DNA of 64,000 bases from Selaginella moellendorffii (Eukaryota; Plantae; Lycopodiophyta), in contig NW_003314313.1 of assembly GCF_000143415.4 (NCBI RefSeq), positions 266,418 to 330,417 of the forward strand, in the 5' to 3' direction. The notes under the pieces are model-generated. The model was given only the letters and a program-made list of their open reading frames with translations. It was not told where the DNA came from and searched no databases. Shown here piece by piece: positions 52,346 to 64,000 of the stretch (position 1 is its first letter; each line of letters starts with the position of its first letter). The position numbers were made by a program, and so were the translations under genes.

Positions 52346-53726
52346 ATTGAGGGATTTCGCCCAAACTTTTAAACTAGAGGTTTGGGTTATAAATCACAAA
52401 TTGAAGTCGTCATTGCATGCATCCCAATGTCTCAAGCTGCTCGGCTCGTAAGGCCTGTTTGTTTTTGGGGACTCAGCCTGAGATCAACGAACTTCGAGCT
52501 TAGTCCCTGTGCTGAGAAAAAAGAGGCCGGGAGCCAAACGCAAGCATCCATGAGACCGAGAGAAGAGGAAGGCTATAGCTGCTAAATTGGGTTCCGAGCG
52601 CATCATTCACCGTAGAGCTCAAAGAGGTGCCATTCTAGAGCGATGAAGTCCACCAAATTTCATTTGATACTTTGAGGGACCGTACCCGCTTCACTCTTTT
52701 GCTTTGGTGAATTTCGCCACAACCATTACTGTTCCGACCAGCACGAGGTTGTGCCAGACTGCTTGTATTCCTGGCACAAGATCAAACGTCGAAGAAGGTT
52801 ACGTGGGGAAACTATTGCTTACAAATGCTCTGACAAGTAGTTCCCTCGATGAAATTATCATTTGAGTTCGATTGATAAAAAAAGCATTTGGACTTGTCCA
52901 AGGATCACTTTGGCTGAGTTTCTCGATGGCCTATTTGAATTCCTGTGGCTATAAGTGCATGCTTGAAATGGGAGGATACGTGGTTTGTGCTCGTTGTCAT
53001 CCTCATCGCTTCAATGCTCACGTTGAGAAAGTTTGCCTTATCATTCAAGAGCATGAGATCCATGGTGATTACTGGATTGTCCGGGTTTGATCTCCAAATG
53101 GTAGGAGTAAAACGTTCACCGCCACCTCTGCTGCAGGAACAACGAAAGCTGGCAAAAGTGAGGAAACACGAACCTGCAAAGTCGGCATTGTTGCTTTCGT
53201 CCACATCCAAAGTTCCACCAAACTTCACTTGATACTTTGAGGGATCGTAGCCACTGAAAGCTTCACCTCTTTTGCATTGGTGAATTTCGCCACAACCATT
53301 GCTGCTCCACCCAGCACGAGTTTGTGTCAGCCTATGATTGTATTCCTGCGCACACAAAAACACATCAGAACTTCTGAGCAAGCAAGTTTACGCGAACCTA
53401 TAGAGTTTGGACTCCCTTACTTGTTAACTTTGTAATCGATCGTGCAGCGGCACAGCAGATGATCTTGTTGCAACCTTGGACCGCTGCTTCCACCGCCTCC
53501 GGCCCTCCCAAATCGCCCACCGAGCGAGGCAGAAACTCCAGCGTTTCGTACTCACAAAATTCAGAATTAAACAAAATGCCTCGAGCACTTGCCCATTAGA
53601 AAGAGGAAGAGACTTTACCTTAAGTTTGTATCCTTGCAGCTGGAGCTTCCGAATGAAAACCCGGACAACCAGTAGTGTTGTAAACTCGGCGTTTGGGATG
53701 GTAGCACATTGGGCAGCCGACGAGCA

Positions 53727-53845
53727 CATTGACGCTGTTCTCCTCTGGCTTTCGAGATCAAGCTGTAGTTTACAACTCCTCATCTCTTCAGCTGATCGTG
53801 AGCTCTCTTGCGTAAATGCCACATCTTTGTAATTAGAAACTCCGA
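53727..53845 (-). pseudogene. Second short aldo-keto reductase fragment
   Basis: Pieces matching 16397-16580 (RAHDQLKR; tcaagctgtagtttac). Confidence 0.7.
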
Positions 53846-54377
53846 CGGCCTTTTCTTTTGCTGCTGGAGAATCTCTTTTACTGCAACTCTAGCTAAGAGT
53901 CTAAGACGGTGGTGATCCCGGCGCAAAGAGAGAATGTAAAAGAGCACGGCAGCCTGAGCGCCTCCTTGCATGATGCATCGATCGCTAAACCCTAGGGGAT
54001 TTGCGGGCGGGGATTGCTGGAGGCTTTTACTCTTCTTCGCTCCGCTGCGACGCTTCAGGCTGTTATTGCCTAGGCTTGACGAAGGGGGAAAGGATCAGAC
54101 ACGCCTTCTGGAAGTTTTGTTTCTTGGTGCTCAGCACATGATGTATCTGACATGGGCATCTTCGTTGTATGGCAAACTACCTTGCAACATATTGAGCATG
54201 TTTGGTGTACCCCAGTACAGCAAAAGCCTTTTGGCGTTAGCGTCCCAGGAAAAACCCGTAGCTTAATAACACGCTCCATGGTGGTGGATGCAAGCACGCT
54301 GAGGGTCTTGAGTCCACAAAACTGGAAGTTTCGATTCGTTTCCGAAGAGAGTGTTGATCCCACAGCAGTTCCTCCGC

Positions 54378-55295
54378 CTAGGTATCTGCTGCAAGCGAAG
54401 TTAGCAGAGAAGAATGACATATGTCATGGTGCTTTGATCGTGATGCATGAGGAGTTTTTGAAAGTCGCTGATATGGTGGCCGCTTCTTCACCTCGTCCAG
54501 CATCCGCCCCTGGTGCTCCACCAGCCTCGTCACAACCGGGAGCTGCGACACAGCCAGCGGGAGCCAACTAGGATCCATGGGAGCGCCGGCCTCCACCACC
54601 TTTTGTGCTCGCTCCGGGGCGTCTTTGGCAATGGAATAGCTCTTGGCGCCTAGCTCGTCACTGGGCACGAAATCGTACTCTCGTTTGCTCCCCGACACGC
54701 ATTTTGCAAGACTCTTGAAGCCGTAATCCGACATCCCACACTCCCACTGCAGATTGGAATCCATGGCCACCCTGCGCACACCGTCCCTCCAATCTTTGAA
54801 GCTTGTCAAGCTCGTCTCGCTCGCGGCAAACACGTCCCTCTCGGCAGCACACGCCAGCCTCTGCGCAAACTCGATCGCCGGCCACAGCTCCTCGGTTGGC
54901 AGACGATCCCACTCGTCCAGCAGCGGGGTGAGGCGCGCCACCCATTCCTTGCCCGGCGCCGGGCCTGGGTAGTCGAAGTATGGATCGCCCTCCCCGATGA
55001 AGAAGTTCTCCATGAAGAGAATCGGGTAATTGAAGACGCGAATCCGCTGGTTGAGGAGTCGGATATCGCTGCCATCCACGACACGGGCGAATCGCTGGTA
55101 GAAGGAGAAGTCGAGGATCATGTCCATGTGGTATTCCACGCGGAAAGAGAGACGCCCCATGAGCAGGCCGACGAGGGATTTGTAGCATCTGTAGTCCTTC
55201 CAGCTTGGCTGTGCCACGCTGTGATATTTCCTCACCCGGACAGGACGACTCCCTCTTGCCAATCCAGCTGCCATAGCCGCCAATCCAGCCGCCAT
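54378..55295 (-). CDS. Family-X unknown protein, 305 aa
   Basis: Uninterrupted ATG ORF; the C-terminus runs into sequence duplicated at ~49580-49680. Confidence 0.7.
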   Translation of the reverse strand: MAAGLAAMAAGLARGSRPVRVRKYHSVAQPSWKDYRCYKSLVGLLMGRLSFRVEYHMDMILDFSFYQRFARVVDGSDIRLLNQRIRVFNYPILFMENFFIGEGDPYFDYPGPAPGKEWVARLTPLLDEWDRLPTEELWPAIEFAQRLACAAERDVFAASETSLTSFKDWRDGVRRVAMDSNLQWECGMSDYGFKSLAKCVSGSKREYDFVPSDELGAKSYSIAKDAPERAQKVVEAGAPMDPSWLPLAVSQLPVVTRLVEHQGRMLDEVKKRPPYQRLSKTPHASRSKHHDICHSSLLTSLAADT

Positions 55296-55699
55296 AATGC
55301 AATCTTTTAGGGCAGAAGCGCGGATATAGTGTTGGGTTGATTTGAAAAATTTTCTGTTCGTTGGCGCCCCAATCTGCGAATTTACCGGATTAAAGCCATA
55401 ACACCTTGTTTATTTCAGTAATGTTGGAGTAACACGATCTTTTGGTAGAATATAAATCTTGAAGAGTATAATGTTACTGATGATGGCTATGATGATCTAT
55501 TGATAATGTCATTGTGTGGCAAGGTCACTAGATTTATTGTTAAGTATAGACCCCCAAATGTTAAATCAATCTCATGCCTGTGATTACTATTGTTGTTGGT
55601 CTGATAGGGTAAGGTGAAAATTGAGTCAATAATTGATGTTTAATTTTAAATATTACAAAACCTTTAACCAATTGAAAAAAGGGTGCATTTTTGTTTAAT

Positions 55700-56454
55700 T
55701 CTTACACAACATTATCTTTGGTTGCTTACATTATATTTTTTGGTAGTGGAAGAATTATATCAAAGATAATCCAAAGCTAATCTCTTGGAGTGATTTGATG
55801 AAAGTTTTCCATACTTTATTTATCAAGAAGTTTAAAGATGTTGATATTATGAATCAACTGCTAGAAATCAGACAAAGAACTTTGTTATATGCTCACAAGT
55901 TTAGTGCTCTTTACTTTAATCTCACTGGAACTTATAATAAATTGTTAAAGGCATAATGTTTTATCAAAATGGATGTGCAATAGAAAGTCAAGAAGGATTT
56001 TTTAGTAGATGCTATTACTAAGGCTCAAGATCCTTTCACCAAAACTATCAGTCAACTCAGTTAACAAGATTGTCTAGAAGGTAGGGTAGTCAACCTGATG
56101 ACCACCCAATTAATACTTTATATTTGGGGAAGAAATTATTATTATTATGTCATGGCTCAAAGAATAAAAGTGACAATAAAGTTAAGAAACTTTGTTTGGA
56201 TTAACAAGAGAAAGATAAAGTGGAGGGTAATTGTTTTCATTAGCACAAGGTTGGACATCAAAATAAAGACTGTCCTAAAAGAGTTAAAAAATGCTAAAGT
56301 GAATGTAATAAAATGTAAAAACAATGATTTGGTGATTAAGACTCTTGTGGTCAAGACAGATGTGAATGACATTGCTATTGGGGTTGTCTTGCTTCAAATT
56401 AAGCATCCTCTTGCATATATAAGTCACAAGTTTAATGCCACACAACAGAATTAA
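55700..56454 (+). mobile_element. Highly decayed Ty3/gypsy relic (RNase H fragment)
   Basis: VVKTDVNDIAIGVVLLQIKHPLAYISHKFNATQQN resembles the gypsy RNase H motif TDAS..IGAVL.Q..HPIAY.S. Confidence 0.7.
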
Positions 56455-56853
56455 AGGTTAAGAAGTTGGCTTAGGGTTCACTCCTTGTTAGTTTTAATTC
56501 TCATTTAAAAGCCCTAGATATGAAGATAAGGAAAAGTCTCTTCTCCTCTCAGCATTTGGCTCCAATGGGCAAGTACTTAAGGCATTTGTTTGTCCTCTTT
56601 CCTTACTATATTCTATGGCCTATGCTGATCCTGAGACTTTGAAGATGCTGCCTGGCGAAATTCAGCAAGGCAAAAGGAAAGTTTCAGTTGCTTCTCAAAT
56701 TATCAAGTGAATTTGCAATTTGCATTTGGAGGCTGTCAACGACTCGAATTTAGGACTAGAATATTCTCCCAAATTTGAAAAGTGAATGTTTTAGGGCTTA
56801 GAATATTCGCTTAAAACTATGAAATTGGCGCCTGTTCATACGGTCTCTACTCT

Positions 56854-58154
56854 CTAGCAGATTTTTGCCTTGGAGAAATCCATTTCCGGGTGCTGCCACA
56901 GCCAAAACCAAAATGAGAAAAGAAATCCCAAAACGCAAAACAGAAAAGCTTTCACCTGTGCCATGAACTTCTTGAGCATCTCTTGCTTTTGCTGGTCTTC
57001 GGAGCTTGGCAATCCCATCGCCTTCTGCCGCTGGTCGTACTGCAAAACGAGGGAGACGAAGTAAGCCAAGCAGCGAACAAAGAGAGAAATGAAATGAAAT
57101 ACCATCATCTTCTCCACGGTCTGCCGAGTCTCTGCGTCCAAATCCCCCAGCTTGCTGTTCTCCGGCTCAACCTTTTGAGTGTCAATCTCTGGCTCGCCTT
57201 TCACAACGTTTTTCCACCACTCCATCCTGTTCGTCTTGGTGAGGAGGATAGAAAGGAACTTCTCCGCTTCCTTCTTTCCATCGCCAGCATCTAGATTGAG
57301 AGCAAGAAAATCATCCAACTCTTGATAAACAACCAGCAACACATACCAATGCTCCAGAAGCAGTCGTCCACCTTGACGGATGCATAGAGATCGCCCTGAT
57401 AACAGAAAAAGCAACAGTGTGAGAGAATAGGAAAGAGAATCCCTTCACTCACCTCGAGAATTGGCGGCTGACCCTTGAGCCCAGCTTTCAGATGGTTCTT
57501 CTTAATGTCACAGACGATATCTCGCGCCTTGATCTCTTTTGCAACGGGGATTTGCACCGTCAGCTCACTTAATGTTTGCGTCCACGAATACTTTTCGAGA
57601 TCGGCACCATTTCCAGCATTAATCTCTGCAAGAACACAAATATTGTAAGCGGGAAGAAAAACCCAAGAACCGAAAGGATCAAGCAAAGAACCAACTAAAG
57701 CAAAGAACAAAATAAACTTACTCAATCCGGTAGAGTCAGAACTCTCCACTTCCTTGACTTCGTTCTTGGTTTCCTGGACAGCCGCCGACGCCGATTGCTT
57801 GCCACTTGATCCACCGCCGCTGGCCTTATGCTTGTGCTCGCTCTCGAAATCCCGCGACGGCGCCGCCTCGGGCACCGGCACCGCATTCTTCTTCTTGCCA
57901 TCGACGCGCCGCCTCTTGGCGCTAGACACGATCTCCGACAGCTGCCTCTCGAAGTATTCGTCGGGGAAGGCGGCCGAGCGGCGCGTGAGAAAGCCGATTA
58001 CCGTTTTGAGCAGCTCCAGCGGCTGATCATTGTGCTCCTTGAGCAGCGCCTCCAAAATCTTGTCGTGAGCAGCATTGCCGGAGTCCGACGGAGGAGCCGC
58101 GGCGACGGGCTTGGGGACCTCGGCCTCCTCCTCTACCTCAGAGATGATCGCCAT
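56854..58154 (-). CDS. BOB1: BOBBER-like NudC/CS-domain chaperone, 6 exons
   Basis: [67 protein letters not shown] and [11 protein letters not shown]. Confidence 0.93.
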
Positions 58155-58874
58155 CGCCCTGCCCTAAACTAGTTAGCCCTAAAAGCAAAAACAATTAAAT
58201 ATCATCGCAGCCGTCCGTCTTTAGAAACAAATCTTGGTCGATAATTTTTACTTAAATTTTGACATGAGAAAACCTCGCCACGTTGAATTAATTAAATTTC
58301 GCCATGAGAGAACCGATCCCCAGGTGCCATTTGCCTTCAATGGGAAAATGTTTGAGGCATTTTGTTTTTCCTTTCCTTGCTAAAATTATGATTTGGGACT
58401 AGCTTTGACTATCGGATGCTGGCACGCTCGGTGCAAATCGTTGTGGGCGATCCGGAAACACTGAAAGCAGGGGTTGAAGGTTATCTCCTACAAGATTATC
58501 TGCTGCGGATCATATATCATCCAGGTTGGCGTAATTTCGCATAAACTTGCTTCATCAGAAGTTCTCATGTGTTTTTGTGTGCGTGCCGGAGCAGCAAGAG
58601 CAAAAGCTGGTCGTGGCGAAATTCATTCCTGGGAGAGGTGAAGCTATCAGAGGCTATGATCCCTCCAAGTCAACTTTGAGTGGGAACAACAATGCCGACT
58701 TCTCAGGTCTGTTTAGAAATGCTGCACCCCAAACCAGCCATTTGCTTTGGGGTGTGAAGCTTTTGCATTTTCAGTCGTGACTGGTTCGTTTGTTAGCTTG
58801 TGGCGATGGTGAATTTCGAGAACTGGTTTTTTGGCGAATATTCCAATCCCTAAATTCCTATTCTTCCTTAAAGG

Positions 58875-59679
58875 ATGGCGGCTGGATTGGGCGGCGTTGG
58901 CGGCATTGGCGAGGAGGAGTGGTCCTGTCCGGGTGAGGAGATATTACAGCGTCGCACAGCCAAGCGATGACGACTACAACTGCTACAAATCCCTCGTCAA
59001 CCTGCTCATGGAGCGTCTCTCTTTCCGCGTGGAATACCACATGGACATGATCCTCGACTTCTCCTTCTACCAGCGATTCGCCCGTGTCGCGACTGGCAGC
59101 GCCCGTGGTCTGAAATACCCGGCTCTCTTCATGGAGAACTTCTTCATTGCGGACGAGGATCCATACTTCGACTACCCAGGCCCGGCACCGGGCAAGGAAT
59201 GGGTGGCGCGCCTCTCCCCGCTGCTGGACGAGTGGGACGATCTGCCGACGAAGGAGCTGTGGCCGGCGATGGAGTTTGCGCAGAGGCTGGCGTGTGCTGC
59301 CGAGAGGGAAGTCTTTGCCGCGAGCGCGACGAGCTCGACAAGCTTCACAGAGTGGAGGGACGGTGTGCGCACGGTGGCTATGGATATCAATATGCAGTGG
59401 GAGTGCGCGGTTTGGGATTTCCGCTTCAAGAGACTGGCAAAGTGCGTGTGGGGGAGCAAACGAGAGTATGATTTTGTTCCCATTGACAAGCTGGACGCCG
59501 AGAGCTATTTCAGAGCCAAGGACGCTCTGGAGCGAGCACGAAAGGTAGTGGAGGCTGGCGCTCCAAGCTTTCCCGGTTTGCTCCCGCTGGCTGAGTCGCA
59601 GCTCCCGGTTGTGGCGAGGCTGGTGGAGCACCAGGCGCGGAAGCTCAGAATAGAAAATGAAAAATTCCAACATTTTTAA
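58875..59679 (+). pseudogene. Family-X gene with an apparent +1 frameshift just after the ATG (or a sequencing error)
   Basis: ATG GCG GCT GGA TTG matches the start of the 55295 copy, but an extra G near 58890 puts it out of frame with the otherwise open body ending RIENEKFQHF*. Confidence 0.65.
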
Positions 59680-59699
59680 GTGATCTTACCCACCGAGGT

Positions 59700-60550
59700 A
59701 GCGGCATTTTGCCGAGAATCACGATCTAGAAGGGTGTTCGATTTAATGCCGTGCGGCGACATCGTATCTTGGACGGCGATTATTGTTGCATTGGCAAGAC
59801 ACGGCAGTGTGGAGATCTTCGAGCAGATGCCACAGAGAAACAGGAACGCGATACTGGAAGCTTATGCTCAGAATGGGCATCTGGAGGATGCGAGGCTTGT
59901 CTTCGATCGAATGCCTCACAGGGACATCATCTCGTGGAATGGAATGGTAGAGGCGTACACTCACAGGAAAATGGTGATCCGAGCCAAGGTTACCTTGGAT
60001 TCGATGCCGCAGCGAAACAATCTCTCCTGGAACACCATCGCTGCGGCGTATGCCCTGGCGGAAAAATGCACCATAGTTCAGCGTCTCTTTGACACCATGC
60101 CAGTGAAGAACACCGTACTTCGGCAATGTATGCCCAGTCCGGGCATATCGATCGAGCAATGGAGATCTTCCACGGCATGCTGGCTGCTGGATTGGAACCG
60201 GACGAGGTCTACTTAGTGATGCCACGCAGGGAAGCTCGATCGAGGGTGGAACTACTTTGCTCTCATGACTAGGGAGTTTAAGCTGGTGCCTTGGGCAGAG
60301 CACTACTACTGCATGGTGGATGTTCTTCGGTGGGTCGGGCAGCTCAAGCTGGCTGAGAGTCTGGTCAGCAGCATGCCCTTTGTTCCAGATAGCAAGGTTT
60401 GGGGATTGGTGTGTGTGCTGCAAGACCAAGAGATGGAGCGAGGGCTAAGAAAGCATTTGAGATTGCTCCTTATGTATTGCTGTGTAATCTCTCCTTCACC
60501 TGGGAAAGATCCAACCTCTGCGAGTGCGCTGATAGAATTGCGGAGATGAT
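59700..60550 (+). pseudogene. PLS-class PPR gene relic
   Basis: Repeats VFDLMP..DIVSWTAII, AYAQNGHLEDARLVFDRMP and HYYCMVDVL…MPFVPD, with deletions and frameshifts. Confidence 0.85.
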
Positions 60551-62316
60551 ATTTCATGCCATCGCATCAAAAAGCTCCCTGGTACTGTGGATCTGCTCCT
60601 TCTTGCCAAAACCCTGGATCATCGTGTTCCAGGATGCAAGAATGCCTGAATCATCGTGTTCTTTGACACAAGATTGAGCTACGGCTTGTGATCAAACATT
60701 TCCTTGGCTTGCCTAGCCTGGGAGAAATACTGCGATCATACCATTCCAGGAGATGAGATCTTCTGCCGGCATCGCATTTAAAATTGCCTTCATCGCCTGG
60801 AAATCCTGCCTCCATCGCCATTCCACACCATAACATTGCACTGGGGCGGAATAAAGCTTGGGCGGCATCAAATTGCCTGTTGTGAGTATATTCCAGCTGT
60901 GGGTGTTGGGCTGGAAGATGTAGTTGAATATTTTCGTGCGGTTGGGAGAGATGATTTTTTTGAGGTGGGAGTGTTCACAACCAAGTGGAAGTTTTTATTT
61001 ACAAATTTTCCTTCTAAAGAACAAAGATATTTTGATAAAGTAGCTTAATTACATAAAGATACACTACTCTTGAGAACTTTTATGCCAGTGATCGCTCTTG
61101 ACAAACAAAGTGAGTTGCACATTCACAATTTGCATAGTGCTTTAGTTCTAAAATTAAAGGAGTTCAAATTTTTTGTGGCATATCACAAACTTTTGCAAGT
61201 TTCTAGAAAACAAAAATTTAGTCACTCCCCATCTCTAACGACAGCCAAAAAAAAAAAGTATACTGCATTTACATGAAGGAATCACAAGAAAATCAATTGC
61301 AAGTAATATCCTTATGATGTATAAAACATATATAACACACCAAACATGCTCAATATGTTGCAAGGTAGAGAGTGATGAACATATGCAAGAAAATATTCAA
61401 AGCAAACCTAATTTTTTGTCAACATCTTCTGAATAAAACTCATGTCTTGAGTACCCCAACAATATACCATATTATTTTCTACTGGTATATTGTATATTAT
61501 TTTCTACTGCATTATTGTCAACTCCTACGTCCTTTACACTGGCCAAATCCACATTTATCCTGTGTGTATGTGTTCAAAATCACATGCATACTATAACACG
61601 TGACTATAATGAGTTGCCCCAGGTTTCAAGGCATAAGCATAGAATCCATACAATAGAGTTATAAAGGAAGACAATATAAATAGTATATAAGCTAGTATTT
61701 GAGAATTCATGAGGCAAGCTGGGCCTCACCTCTGTGTTTCAAAGTGTTTACACAACCTTGCTAAGATGCAATTACTACAAAAATTTATATAGTGCATAAG
61801 ACTCTGTATAAGTGCCTTTGCTGTAACCTATTCAAACTAAAGGCTCCACATTTGTATAAAGTGCCTTTAGTGATAGCTTTATTAGTTTGAATCTAACTCA
61901 AAACCTCCTATGTTGGTAGTCTGTTTGCTAGCTTGTGTTTAAAAGGCATTTTCAAAAAACACCCATTTTTGCAAGGTACTCCTACAATTACTGCTACATT
62001 CCTGGTGTAGTTTCTTCTCATCTGTTTTTGTGTGCATAGGAATACAAGCTCTAGTAAAAGCTGGTTGTGGCGAAATTCATTCCTGGGAGAGGGGAAGCTG
62101 TCAGTGGCTATGATCCCTCCTCAAAGTATTGAAGAGAGAAGCCATAACTCGGAGCAACAATGAGGTCCGTGTTTCCTCACTTTTGTCTGTCCGTAGCAAA
62201 GAGTTACATAGTCTTTCGTTGTTCCAGTGTTTGTACGCAGTTTCTGTTCTTCAATTAGTTTTATGTGTTTATGGCGATGAAATTTCGAGACCGCCTATTC
62301 TGCCCTAAAAGATACG

Positions 62317-63932
62317 ATGTTGGCGGCATTAGCGAGGACATATTACAGCGTCGCACAGCCAAGTGATGACGACTACAACTGCTACAAATCCCTCGTCAAC
62401 CTGCTCACTCTTTCCGCGTCGAATACCACATGGACACGATCCTCTACTTCTCCTTCTACCAGCGATTCGCCCGTGTCGCCTCTTCATGGAGAACTTCTTC
62501 ATTGCGGACGAGGATCCATACTTCGACTACCCAGGCCCGGCGCCGGGCAAGGAATGGGTGGCGCGACTCTCCCCGCTGCTGGACGAGTGGGACGATCTGC
62601 CGACGGAGGAGCTGTGGCCGGCGATGGAGTTTGCGCAGAGGCTGGCGTGTGCTGCCGAGAGGGAAGTCTTTGCCGCGAGCGCGACGAGCTCGACAAGCTT
62701 CACAGAGTGGAGGGACGGTGTGCGCACGGTGGCTATGGATATCAATATGCAGTGGGAGTGCGCGGTTTGGGATTTCCGCTTCAAGAGACTGGCAAAGTGC
62801 GTGTGGGGGAGCAAACAAGAGTATGATTTTGTTCCCATTGACAAGCTGGACGCCGAGAGCTATTTCAGAGCCAAGGACGTGTGAGGATGTAGTACATCCG
62901 AGATCACCGTACGGCTGAGACACGTGGTGACACGTGGTGGATCTGGAGAGTCACGACTCTCACCTCTGTATGTATGGCGATGACGATATCTGAGCAAGAG
63001 AGTTTTTTCTCTTCTTCCTTGGTTTACAACATGGTATCAGAGATCAGGGATTAAATCCTGGGCTGAATGGAGGAGGAAGAGGAGGAAGACGACAAGCCCC
63101 CTGATCTGGAGCGGCTGTGAATTGCAAATATCAAGATGGAAGTTTTCTTGTTTATTTTGTCTTGTGTAGGCAACCCTAAAATGGAGGCGGTTCTTGATCA
63201 AGACTGGCCTGGATTTGAATTGGAAGGGTTGCGGCATTGCTTGCTACCGCTGGAGACGATCTGATGCCCCTGCTGCTACAAGGGAAGGCTTCCTTGGGCT
63301 GGAGATTTTCTGATGCTGCCACGAGGCTTTTGTTCTTCCTGGGAATTGCTGTGCGCAAAGGCCTTGAGGCTGATGGAGAGATCACATTTGAGTGGGGGGA
63401 CATGGAACAAGATGCTGGTTCCTGACGGGTCCTGATACAAGCTGGGCTGTGTGCAAGCTTGGGTACCTTGGAACATGCTGCTACTCTTGTTCAACACCAC
63501 AAGATGCTGATTTCATGAGCTCAGCTTTTCTCGGCTGAGTGGGGGGAGTGAGATAGGTTTCCCAGTGGTTTAGCATTAGTTAGTTTCTTTTTTCTGATCC
63601 AGCCTTCGCACGCTGATCTCGGCTGAGTGGGGGTGTGAGGATGTAGTACATCCGAGATCACCGTACGGCTGAGACACGTGGTGACACGTGGTGGATCTGG
63701 AGAGTCACGACTCTCACCTCTGTATGTATAGCGATGACTATATCTGAGCGAGAGAGTTTTTTCTCTTCTTCCTTGGTTTACAACAGGACGCTCTGGAGCG
63801 AGCACGAAAGGTGGTGGAGGCTGGCGCTCCGAGCTATCCCAGTTTTCTCCCGCTGGCTGAGTCGCAGCTCCCGGTTGTGGCGAGGCTGGCGCGGAAGCTC
63901 AGAATAGAAAATGAAAAGTTCAAAATTTTTAA
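62317..63932 (+). pseudogene. Family-X gene, frameshifted and interrupted by a TRIM
   Basis: Near-identical to 58900-59679 with several short deletions; resumes at 63786 after the insertion. Confidence 0.88.
62880..63785 (+). mobile_element. TRIM / non-autonomous LTR element
   Basis: 152-bp LTRs at 62880-63031 and 63634-63785 (3 mismatches); TSD ggacg; PBS tggtatcagag; PPT gagtggggg. Confidence 0.95.
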
Positions 63933-64000
63933 GTGATCTTACCCACGCCATGCGCGAGCGAAATCTCGTCGCCTGGAACGCGATGCTAGAGAATCACGAT

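Noticed and set aside
58858-59673. 271-aa antisense ORF and similar shadow ORFs over family-X copies
   Set aside because: GC-rich shadow frames whose boundaries are not conserved between copies.

Overview
Compact eukaryotic plant DNA. The ~50-60 nt GT-AG introns, PLS/DYW-type PPR relics, P5 ATPase and HET-domain gene suggest a non-seed plant such as Selaginella; this is inferred, not verified. (1) 0.3-17.5 kb is a gene-dense but decaying block: an intronless putative permuted papain-fold gene, a disrupted P5-type ATPase, two disrupted copies of a small membrane-protein gene (one split by a hAT transposon), a disrupted SDR-MDR oxidoreductase, a CYP88/KAO-like P450 whose heme Cys is replaced by Phe, a small ORF overlapping it, and an intact plastid aldo-keto reductase. 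(2) 18.5-46.8 kb holds a TRIM and a four-level nest of LTR elements. The outer Ty3/gypsy-like element spans 19999-45974. Its right-hand LTR is split by a ~13.3 kb cargo block (31851-45125) carrying a fungal-type HET-domain gene between two paralogous, intronless, uncharacterised multi-pass membrane-protein genes. This is the most interesting system in the window. (3) 46.8-64 kb has six copies of an unknown intronless gene family, shuffled gene fragments, a gypsy relic, an intact BOBBER/NudC gene, PPR relics and a second TRIM. All homology calls come from motif recognition by eye; no searches were run.
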